Below, in pieces: positions 44,424-56,499 of a stretch of DNA of 64,000 bases (position 1 is its first letter; each line of letters starts with the position of its first letter). Source of the stretch: the human T2T-CHM13v2.0 reference genome, Homo sapiens. Made by a program: the position numbers and the translations under genes. The notes beneath the pieces were generated by a model. That model saw only the letters and a program-made list of their open reading frames with translations. It was not told the DNA's origin and made no database searches. The DNA is taken from assembly GCF_009914755.1 (NCBI RefSeq), contig NC_060937.1, one strand, 5' to 3'.

Positions 44424-47359
44424 AAAACTCAGATTTGGGGGTAAATCTAAATAGTATACCTAGGTTCTGAATTAGAAATTCAAAGTTTAAAGGCCAAGTA
44501 GCTTAGTTTTGAATAAACTCAATGGGGATTTTGCCTTCAAATAGGTGGATTTAACTCCACTGTCCAGAAGGCATAGGGGTGTAATTTACAAAAGGGAAGC
44601 TGAGTTTAAGGAGAAAATGTGGAGCGAGAATGGCAAAGAGGAGGAGGACACAGCTCTATCTGAGGATGGATATCTACCGGGCCCTCAGAAATGGTGCCAG
44701 GTGGGAATATTGGACCAGAGTCAAGGTGTCATATTTTATTTCTTAAGAGAAGCCACGGATTCCAATTTTATCTAATATGTCATCATTTTTATATTTGTAT
44801 TACTTAGTTTCTTTGTGAAATTCAAAGAGGGTCCCAACTTTCCAATGAGTTACCACTTTCTAGTCTTTGTCATAGAGTCAAAGAAAAGGTATTTTTAGTT
44901 TTAATTTATTATTATTATTTTCAAATTCCTTATTTGGAATTTGATGCTCATCTTCTAGGTTTTTTTCCTCTACTCACCTTCCCTGTATGCTGAAATTTGG
45001 GAGTGTATAGAGAATGGATTACCTAAATTCTGAAAACGAGAGGAAAACTGCTTGTTAATTCTTTTGGAGATGAAATCCAAATCCACTGGAAGATTCTTGG
45101 GACACATTCCTGGAAATCTAGCTTCTTATTTCAAAATTAGACTCCCCATCTTCCTCTTTTGAGGTTAGCTCTCCTATTCAAGTAGAGTAGAGCATTAGGC
45201 AGCTAGAGATAAACTAAGTGTAAAGAGACTTTTTCTCAGAAAGATTTATTGCTGTGAGAAGAACATTTACACTCTGGAAGGCCTGCTGATTGAACTTCTG
45301 AATTCTTCATTAAGTCTAGGAAGGAGACTTTTTGTCGAAGACTCCATTACACAACATTCTTCACAAGGCTCATCCTGCTCTTCAAAGGCCCTTAATACCA
45401 GAATAGACCCATCAGCTTCCTCTTTCCACTAGGGACACCCCCACCCATAAAGCTGGCACTACTATATATTCAAGCATATGTCACTCTAAATTACGTACCC
45501 ATATAACCCGGAGAACTTGAAGGTAGAGACTCTCCCTGAAAACAGAAATAAAGGAATCTTGTTTAAATAACCTCTATCTCTAGATGATTTAAAATACTTT
45601 GACAGATACATATTTTTATTTGAAAAAATGAATCAAAAATAATTCAATCAGAAGAGCAACATCTGTTACTAATCAATAGTCTTGCAAAAGAATTAAAATG
45701 GTCTTTTCCTCTCCCCTGAAATCTACTGATAAGTTTTTAGATCCTATGCCATTCATTGAGATCAGACGCATTCACTCTGCCTCAGATCTTGCAATTACAT
45801 AAATAATAAAGTCCTCAAGGCTGATGGCATGGGAACAGTGGAATGTGTAACAATATAATCAAGAGAAAAATCAATATTTAATATAAAGCATTCTAACACT
45901 GTAGAGTAAGATGAATTTTAAAGCTCTTTGTTCTCTGAGGCCAGGTTGTTCCATAGCTAATGTTTTTTACTTGTATTAAATCTTGTGCCATTTTATCTGA
46001 GATGATGTCTTATTTTCTTTGTTTATGACTTTGGAAATTATTATAACAAGAAATGTAAAAGAGGCGACGGAGCAAGTACAAATGGATAAAACAGCATTCA
46101 CTACCCAACACAAGTGTAAACGGGGCCAATAACTTTTTAACTTGACAGTCTCTTAATCTTTTCTAGTGAGCTCAGTGATGATTTTTCTTGTTTCGAAACC
46201 TGTCACAGCATTCATTTGTGACCATTTTTATTGCTGGGATTAGTTGAGGTCTATCAATTCTAAAACTCCAGCTCAGCCCAACGAATGTCAACTTTAATCA
46301 CCAAATGCCAAGCAATGTAAGAATTCCAGTGTGTACCTTTGTGGTTATGATTACATTTTAAAAGAGCACTATAGTTCATGGACTGACCTAAGCCAGCAAA
46401 AATTCAAAATATGGGAGGTCTCTGAATAGGGACCATGCCTTTTGTTCTCTCTAAAACCTTTAGCTATATTATTTGCCAGCTCCTAAAGTCAAAATAGAGA
46501 GCAGTGGTGTTAAACTTACCAAAGTGGTTGTAATTCATACGTGCACACTGACCACCTGCCCATGTCCTTGGCTTGTCTGGATATGAAAATGTTTTCACTG
46601 GAACCTCACCATTGAAATCTGGCTTACTGCTGACATTTAATTTGCATATTTACCAAGGCATGCTATCAGATTTGTATGGCTATTCCTAAAGCTGGATTTA
46701 CAGATGTCTCCTGGCATATTGAGAAGGTCATCTGATAGAGATGTAGAGAATATACCAAGTGCTTTTTGATATCTGCATTTGGATAATGTTTAGAAGGAGT
46801 GATGGTGTTTACCCTGCTCCACCCAGAAGGGCCAATTTGGAATATAAATGATTGCTTTTGGCAAGGGAAGCTTATGAGCTTCTGCCCTGTCCTCCTGCTC
46901 AGAGAGAAACAGAGCCGGGAATACAATGCTTTGTGGTGAATCTAGAGTGTTCCCAGAAATAAATTATCTTTTGAATGAGCTGGAAAATTTTATAATTCCC
47001 TCTGAAGGTTTAGCAGAAGCACTGCACCTGGACTGGCCATCAGAGGCTCCAAGAAGAATGGCTGTCAGCTTAGGCGTGCAAGAGGGAAGAGTCTTTTAAG
47101 ACACTGACTTGCTGCAGACTTGTAGCATGAGCCCATGTTGGGAGAGGCAGGTAGAGGCCAGGCATCCAGACACCCAGACATGTGCACACGTGGGACTGCC
47201 AACCAAGTAGGGTTGCCAGCCAGCAGAGTCAGAGAGACACTGCCACCAAAGGTATTTGTGCACACCATAAGGGGCTTCACACAACTGAAAGACAGTGGTG
47301 GTCTTTCATGTGGAGGTGGGCTTGTTCTAAAGGTGGTGTTCCTCCTCCTCTGGCTCCTG

Positions 47360-47850
47360 AGTCACACCTAAGCTTTTGAAGCAAATGTCTACCCTGGGCT
47401 CAGTCCTCATGAATGTGAATCTGTGATCTGGGATAGGGCCTGGGCATTATTAAGTTACAGTGATGATTCTGACAATGCAAGCTGAGTTTGAGAACTACTA
47501 CCCTAAGGCATAAAGTTCCCGCAGAACATCATGTATTAGAAGAATCAAACCAAAACAAAACAAAAAACAAGCTTTAGTGAGTGGATTGAAGAGGCTATGG
47601 GCCAAATAGGAGGAGGAGGGAGGGTAAACACACATAGATTCCTAGGAAATCAAGCTATGATTAAAAACAAAACAATGGCTTCAAACATTAGGATCCATAA
47701 AAATCCCTCAGAAGCTTGTTTAAAATACAGATTCCTTGGCACATGTCCAGAGATTCTGAATCAGTAGATCTGGTCTGGAGTCAGGAATCTGAGTTTCAAA
47801 ATATGCATTCCAGTAGAATCTGATGCAAGTGTCATAAAGTTGACACTATA
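47360..47850. mobile_element. Two MER5-like hAT fragments (about 47360-47503 and 47673-47850)
   Basis: gtttgagaactacta terminus; cagagattctgaatcagtagatctgg core. Confidence 0.6.
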
Positions 47851-48821
47851 TTTACCAAAATAAAAAACAAAACAAACCATGATGTAAGCATTTTCTTATT
47901 TTTCAAATTGTCAGAGGGTATATCTACACAGAGGACATATGTATTCTCTATATCCCATATAGAGATCTATATCCCATACATAAAATACAATTCTGCAATA
48001 AAGATTTCTTCCTCATTTAGGTTAATCATATAGGGCATTCAAGGAATGCCTTACAATTCACTAAAATATTGCCCACATATGGAGTATTATTATGAGATGG
48101 ACCATAAAAACAGTATTCTACTAGATGTTGTGTTTTTATTCTGATTCTGTCATAAATTTTTGAACTAAATCCCAGTGGGTAATTTATATTGCTTAGGTAA
48201 GAACTTCAAAATCTATGGTGAGAAATCCATTCAAGAGAGAGCTTCAAGAGTATGTACATCTAAGTTAAAATGGTCATCGTTAGTTCGTCAACTTCTTCAT
48301 GCAATGAACTCTTTGGTAGGCTTAAAAGTTATTCAGAAAACTTGACCCACCCCATTTGCCTTACCACTAAAAAAATCACAAAGCAGGCCTTCAGAATGAT
48401 TGTAAAACGTGGCCCTGCCATTACTGTGACACCTGTTCATTCACTTCTAGAATATTTTGTTATTTTTCCAAACTAGTTGGGGGGTTTCGAGAGGCCAAAG
48501 AAAAAGTATAAAAACAGGTAAGGCCTAGATTTCTTCCTTGAGGATATTATAATCTAAGTGAAAGATAAGAGTCACATGTGTGAAACAATTGTGAATAATT
48601 TACAAGTATAATTAAGTATATTATTTGTAAGTGTAATTAAGTGCTAAAATAAAAGTTATTACTAAATCAATTGAGACAGAAGCTACGTTATATATGGAGC
48701 TCACAGTGCAAGAAAGATGAGTAAAAGCTGGGTCATTCAGGCAAAATTCCTGAAGGAGGTGGGGCTAGAGATGCCATTGGATTTATATTCGCTACTTATT
48801 TAATGCATGCATTGTACATAA

Positions 48822-49166
<345 letters not shown>

Positions 49167-49884
49167 TGAACGAGTTCCTAACCATTCCTATCCAGGGCAA
49201 CAGGAGCCCTGCACGTGTTATTTACTTTATCTATCATCATAGATATCTTTGATATTATCAATGTTGGAATTATTAGGTCACTTGCTTTTTACTAATGACC
49301 AGAAATTCCTGACTGGCTAACTCCTGCATGCTTTCTCATTATTTTAGAGCTCACCTCCCATTTCTAGATATTTTACTGTTCATTCCCTGTCTCTTCAATC
49401 CTGTGGCCCTTATTCAGCCTCCCAGGTATCAGGGTAGAAGAGTATAAGAAATACAAATTATTTAGCAGAGCGTTCTGGCAAGTATTAAGCAGTGAGTATA
49501 TCTACTATTCTTAACTCTTAGTAAATGTGGCTAAAAATACATACAGTTAACACAGTTGTATCAATGGTCAGTGTGGTTTGTTGGGGAGCTTAGTGAATAA
49601 GAAGAGAGGAGGAGAAATTCATCAAGTCCCACGTCCTTAGGGGTTTTACATATGGCATCTAATGCAGTGCCCAAAACTACTCATAAAAGTAGAAAACCCA
49701 AAAGATTTTATGGAAGAGAAAACCAAGGTTCAGAGAGAGGAAGCAAGTGGCCATGGTCATGTCAGAATTTGTACTCAGTGCTATCTGACAAATTCCATCC
49801 TCTATCTGGTGCATTAACACACCTAGTGACAACCCAAGGAAGCACTCCCACAAATCAGTGTTCTGCAGTTTCAAAGGCACTTTT

Positions 49885-50490
49885 TAATTGTATTTATTTA
49901 TTTTTTAAATTTCAACTTTTATTATAGATACAGGGGGTACATGCACAGATTTGTTACATGGGAATATTGCATGATACTGAGGTTTAAGGTATGAATCTTG
50001 TCATCCTGGTAGTGAGCTAAGTACCCAGTTGGTAGTTTTTTAACCCTCCTCTCCTCCCTCTAGCAGTCCACAGTGTCTGTTGTTTCCATATTTATGTTCA
50101 TATGTGCTCAATATTTAGCTCCCACCTATAAGTGAGAACATGCAGTATTTGGTTTTCTGTTCCTGAGTTAATTTGCTGAGGTTTTTGACCTCCAGCTCCA
50201 TCCATGTTGCTGCAAAAGATATGGTTTCATTCTTTTTCATGGTTGCATAGTATTTCATGGTGTATGTGTACCACATTTTCTTTATCCAGTCTAACATTGA
50301 TGGCCACCTGGGTTGATTCCTTGTCTTTACTACTGTGAATAGTGCAGCAGTGAACATACAAGTCCATGTATCTTTGGTCGAATGATTTATTTTCTTTTGA
50401 ATCTATATGCAGCAATGGAATTGCTGGGTCAAATGGTAGCTCTGTTTTAAGTTCTTTGAGAAATCATCAGACTGCTTTCCATAGTGGCTG
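49885..50490 (-). mobile_element. L1PA15/16-like 3' fragment
   Basis: ORF2 C-terminus (ORF 50115-50357 ...WIKKMWY...MFSLIGGS) and an old L1PA 3' UTR (cagggggtacatg...gttacatggg). Confidence 0.85.
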
Positions 50491-51282
50491 ATTTTACTGA
50501 TTTCTAACAGCAACCACAAAAAAAGAGGAACAACCGATTCTCTATTTTATTTTACTTTATTTCCATTTTCCTGATGAAAAAATGAAGACTTAAAGATGTT
50601 AGGAAACTTGGGTCAGTAGTGAATTATTCAGAAAAGGGCAAGGATTCAAATAAGAGTCTGCTTATGCCAAAGTTAATGTTCTCTTTTCCACTAGATTGTA
50701 TTGCTAGCAATTCAGTTGGACTTGAGGATGACTCAAGTCCTCAACAGAAGAAAGTTATTTCCACTCATTGAGCTGCTTGAAATTTTATCACTGGAGACTT
50801 GTTGTTTGGGTTTCCTCCTATCTTTAAGAGTGCTATCATCTAGTTCATATGTTCCCCAAAGATGTACCTGCACTATTGCTCATCACAATTTTGTTTAAAT
50901 CACAAGTTATATGTTACTGCTTAACAATTAATTCCAAACATAGTGTTTCAAAATTATAATGATTGATTTATTTAAGATTCCTCCATTTGAACCAGACTTA
51001 ACTGGGCTGGGCAGTTCTCCTGATGGTCTCTCCTGAGATTCCTCAGGTGGCTGTAGTCATTGGACAACTTGACTAGGGCTAGATGATTCAAGATAGCCTC
51101 ACTCATACATCTGGCACTTTGCTAAGACCATGACACTCCAGTTCCTCTCCAAATGGTCTCTCCATCAGATTTTGTATATGGTAGCAGCATGTTTCCCAGA
51201 AAACAAGACTCAATGCTTGAGTGCTTATCCAGTGTTAGCTTGGATTACATTTGCTGATATACCATTAGCCAAAACAATTCAT

Positions 51283-51753
51283 TGTGGACAGGATAATGCC
51301 TCCTCCCCAAAGATGTTCACATACAATTCCCCAAAACTCGTGACTATTTTAACTTACATGGTGAAAGGGACTTTGCAGATATGATTAAGTTAAATATCGT
51401 GGAATGGGAAGGTTATCCTGGACAATTTGGGTGGACCTCATAAGGGTCCTTACAAGAGGCAAGCGGCAGCAGTGTCAAAGTGAGAGAAGGAGACCTGATA
51501 ACAAGAGCAGAGGCTGGAGTAATGCAGTTACAAGCCAAGATACATAAGTGGCCTCTAGAAGTTGGAAAACACAGGAATGAATTCCCCCCCTAAAACCTTC
51601 AGAAGGAAGCCTTCTCTGCTGACATATTGATTTCAGTCCTGTTAGAACAGTTTTCTATTTCTGACATTAAGAACTATAAAATAATATATTGGTGTTGTTT
51701 TGAGCTACTCAGTTTGTGGAAATTTGTTATAGCAACAACTGGAAACTAATACA
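51283..51753 (+). mobile_element. MLT1D-like solo LTR, apparently nested in an older antisense MLT1 (about 50890-51860)
   Basis: ccccaaagatg...ttacatgg..aaagggactttgcagatatgattaagtta...ggaaactaataca. Confidence 0.85.
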
Positions 51754-52536
51754 CACATCACATATCCAAGTCCAGAAGCAACATGGAAGAAGATCATCCA
51801 AGAATCTAAAAGTTAGAAGATGTGATTCACTGAGGCTCATTAATGTAGCAATCTATCACACAGAAGATCTAAATTTTCAATAATAGGGGATTTTTAAAAA
51901 TAGAGTGTTTCCTAATGATAGACTACTACACTACTACACATTTTTTAAAAGGTAGTTAAGTCTGGCTCAAATGGAGGAATCTTAAATTTATGTCCATATG
52001 TGCATTGTAATAACAATGATAATAGTAATAATAATGATATGTTGTAATAATAATAGTAAGTAAAAAGATAAGTTGTAGAAGAACGACATCCTAAATTGTT
52101 CACGATGTTAAATTTCAAAAGCAAGCTACAGAACAGCAGCTACAATATGAATTCACATTGTTAGAGGAACATAAATAAACATCTTATTTTCAGAAAGAAA
52201 AACAGATAATAGAAAGATGGGTAGATATAAATAGTATGTGGGTAAATATATGTATAAGCTCTAAGAACTAGAAGCATACCTGACAAAATGTATACTGAAG
52301 TTTATGGGTATAAATGTATAGTGAAGTTTATGGTTTTTGTTTTATTTGTTTCCACATACTCTCAAATATTCCACGATGAGGATTTGTATTTTTGTTACAG
52401 AAGCAACATAATACTATTATTTAAGTATAATACATATTTTTGAAGAAAACAAAAACTAATAATGCTTTTGGGAGGGCTTTATTAATAGGGTGTACTTTTG
52501 TTGGTGTACATTGTGTTATTGCTTTGAAAAAATAAG

Positions 52537-54165
52537 GGCTGTATAAATGTCTTCTTTTGAGAAGTGAGTGTTCATATCCTTTGCCCACTTTTTGATGGGG
52601 TTGTTTTTTTCTTGTAAATTTGTTTACGTTCCTTGTAGATTCTGGATATTAGACCTTTGTCAGATAGGTAGACTGCAAAAATTTTCTCCCATTAGTAGGT
52701 TGCCTGTTCACTCTGATGATAGGTTCTTTTGCTGTGCAGAAGCTCTTTCGTTTAATTAGATCCCATTTGTCAATTTTGGCTTTTGTTGCAATTGCTTGTG
52801 GTGTTTTCATCATGAAGTCTTCGCCCATGCCTGTGTCTTGAATGGTATTGCCTAGGTTTTCTTCTAGGGTTTTTATGGTATTGGGTTTTACATTTAAGTC
52901 TTTAATCCATTTTGAGTTAATTTTTGTATAAGGTATAAAGGATATAAGAGGTCCAGTTTCTATTTTCTGTGTATGGCTAGCTAGGTTTCCCAGCACCATT
53001 TATTAAATAGGGAATCCTTTCCCCATTGCTTGTTTTTTTCAGGTTTTTTGAAGATCAGATGGTTGCAGATGTGTGGTGTTATTTCTGAGGTCTCTGTTCT
53101 GTTCCATTGGTCTATATGTCTGTTTTGGTACCAGTACCATGCTGTTTTGGTTACTATAGCCTTGTAGTATAGTTTGAGGTCAGGTAGCATGATGCCCTCA
53201 GCTTTATTCTTTTTGCTTAGGATTATCTTGTCTATACAGGCTCTTTTTTGGTTCCATATGAAATTTAAAGTAATTTTTTCTAATTCTGTGAAGAAAGTCA
53301 ATAGTAGTTTGATGGGGATAGCATTGAATCTATAAATTACTTTGAGCAGGATGGCCATTTTCCAATATTGATTCTTCCTATCCATGAACATGGAATGTTT
53401 TTCCATTTGTTTGTGTCCTCTCTTATTTCTTTGAGCAGTGGTTTGTAGTTCTCCTTGAAGAGGTCCTTCATGTCCCTTGTAAGCTGTATTCCTAGGTATT
53501 TTATTCTCTTTGTAGCAATTGTGAATGGAAGTTCATTCATGATTTGGCTCTTTGCTTGTCTACTGTTAATGTATAAGAATGCTTGTGATTTTTTCACATT
53601 GATTTCGTATCCTGAGACTTTTCTGAAGTTGCTTATCAGCTTAAGGAGTTTTTGGGCTGAGACGATGGAGTTTTCTAAATATCGAATCATGCCATCTGCA
53701 AACAGACAATTTGACTTCCTCTCTTCCTATTTGAATACTCTTTATTTCTTTCTCTTGCCTGATTGCCCTGGCCAGAACTTCCAATACTGTGTTGAATAGG
53801 AGTGGTGATAGAGGGCATCATTGTTTTGTACTGGTTTTCAAAGGGAATGCTTCCAGTTTTTGCCCATTCAGTGTGATTTTGTCTCTTGGTTTGTCATAAA
53901 TAGCTCTTATTATTTTGAGATATGTTCCATCAATACCTAGCTTATTGAGAGTTTTCAACATGAAGGGATGTTGAATTTTATAGAAGACCTTTTCTGCATA
54001 GGACAAATACCTAATGCATGCAGGGCTTAAAACCTAGATGATGGGTTGATAGGTGCAGCAAACCACCATTGCATATGTATACCTATGTAATAAACCTGCA
54101 CATTCTGCACATGTATACCGGAACTTAAAGTAAAAAAGTAAAATAAAATAAAATAAAATAATAAA
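52537..54165 (+). mobile_element. 5'-inverted L1PA7-like insertion: inverted ORF2 part 52537-53999 (-), short forward 3' UTR and tail 53996-54165 (+)
   Basis: ORF2 peptides on - strand (52649-54006); ggacaaatacctaatgcatgcagggcttaaaacctagatg 3' UTR on + strand; gcat junction microhomology; no clear TSD. Confidence 0.92.
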
Positions 54166-54180
54166 GTTTTTTATTTTATT

Positions 54181-54299
54181 TATTTTAACTTACATGGTGA
54201 AAGGGACTTTGCAGATATGATTAAGTTAAATATCTTGGAATGGGAAGGTTATCCTGGATGATTTGGGTGGACCTTATAAGGGTCCTTACAAGAGGCAAG
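54181..54299 (+). repeat. 119-bp dispersed duplicate of 51345-51463 (MLT1D-like segment)
   Basis: Ungapped alignment at offset 2836 with 4 mismatches (115/119 identical). Confidence 0.97.
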
Positions 54300-56499
54300 A
54301 GAAGAAGAGTTTCTGCCCTTGCAGAAAGTGTAATCTACTGCCCTTGAAGATGATCTATTTTACTCAAGGAAGCAAAATACGCACTTATGAGAAAATTAGA
54401 TCATATAAGATTGCCGTAATGCTTGAGTGACAATCAACTAGGTAGGGAAAATACATAGAGGAGAAAGGGCAACTTATCAAAGCCTGGTCTTGGGGGCAGG
54501 TAGCTTTGAACTAACATTGACAATAAGTGAGGATACATGTGCTCGTGGAACAAAGGACAAAGTTTGCGGGGATAAGCAGAACCAGCAGAGGAAACAGTCC
54601 TAATAGAGACATAAACAAACTCAGAACACAGAGAAGGCACACATTTACATGAGTAAAACAAGAGGTTTGTGTATTGGAGTAAAAGATAACTTAGGGTGAA
54701 ATCATTGAAAGAAGCAACAGAGGAAGAGAGCTTCAAAAACTAAGCTGAAAAAGTCAGAATGAAATTTTAAAAATATATATTTTTCGTGTCTTTGCTTTAT
54801 TTTGTTTTGTGTTTAACCATCTTGACAGCAGAAGAGGTAAACGCTAAGTTGTTGTTTTCTTGTTTTGTGTGTGTTTTTTAATTATTCCTTTGGAAAAAAT
54901 ATTTTTTAAAATTATTTTAATGGGTCCAGATCTCCTACTAATCTGATATAAGTCTGGTCAGGCCACACTGTGTGCAATTTCGGGGCCCTGCCAACATTAG
55001 AAAGATACCTACTTAAAATAAACCAAATTTGATTTAATAGAAAACAAAAAGAAAAATATTTTAGCCCTTCGTAACTCATTGCCCCAAAGATAACATCATG
55101 ACATTGCTTACTTGCCTACTCTCACTTTCAGCTTTTTATAAAGCTTACTCGTGCAATAAAGAGATGCAAACGACCAAACCTACTTTCTCTGCTTGTCTTA
55201 TAATGGGAGCACAATAGGTACAGAACAAATGCTGGTGCAAAAGTTAAGAATGCATTGAACCCAGGGCTCCAAAGGGGAGGGGAAGCACATCTAGGAATTT
55301 CCCATTTGTAAACCAGACTTTGAATCTAAGACACTTGGGAGTTAAGGTGGAAAAAAAAGAGGAATGTGACACTATTCCCTCCAAAAGATTGTTTTTAAGT
55401 GTTAAATCTCCCACCAAGAAGGACTGATACAATTAGGGTGGAAATAAAAGAGGCATCTGTTCTAGTTCATCAGACAGACCACCTACCACACTTTACTTTA
55501 AGCCTCCCAGCCTCTGACATGTCCAACTTTTTCTGTTTCAAAGGAAACATTACTAGGTTCAGCAGCCACAGATGGAGCTCTGACAATTGTGATGCGCCTG
55601 CTGTCACTGTGCGAGTCAGGGTCATCTATCAATGGTGTTTTAGTCCTGATATTGCCTCAGACTAAGAGACTCTACAGGGTAGAGGCTCTAGTGTGTAAGG
55701 CAGGAGGCAGAGGACCCTTGTTCTTGTCGCCTTCTGTCCTTAGCATTTACAACAGGTACCATCGGGCAGACAGAACAAGGGCACTCCTCACCTCATCTTC
55801 ATCCTCTGAGAAGCAAGAGGTGGACTTTGCATGCTCTGATGTGATTGACAGATATTTTTAAAAACTAAACTCATACTTAATTTTTATTTCAATTTGATGT
55901 TTTTGCATGTTTGGTTTTTTTCAAAGTCAGATCAATTAAAGCAAATGTGCTTCTGTGGCAAAGCATGTGAAGTGAGAAAAATGGAAACAGTGATTCCATC
56001 GTATTTCACTAGTCAGATCCATATTTCTCTCAGGGGAATTTGGAATTTGGAGAGGGAATTATTGCCTATAAAGAGATGGTCGTGCTTGGAGCTCTTAGCC
56101 TGACACCTCCCAGTGCTCCATTTCCTCAGAATACATTTTTTCCAGCTGCTTTTCTGTTTAAACTGTGATTTAGCTATTGTGCTTATGCTTGATTATTATA
56201 GTGAAAAGAGATTTATTATTATAACTTATATTTGAATTTTTGAGCAAATTCTGTGGTAGCAGTTTGAATTCTTTAGAAACTAAGATAAGAGGAGGCCCTA
56301 CTGAACAAAGGCAGCACAAGGAAACAGTTTATTGAGACTATTTAGAGAAAATCAGATTTTAAATGTCCAGTATCTTACGCTTTGACATGCATTCAAAACT
56401 TAAAATTATTTTAACCCTGGAAAAACTGATTTCTACCACAGAGTAGCTTCTGTTATTTTAGATGATCTAATCTTTGGGGAGGGTCTTCACTTACTCTAG

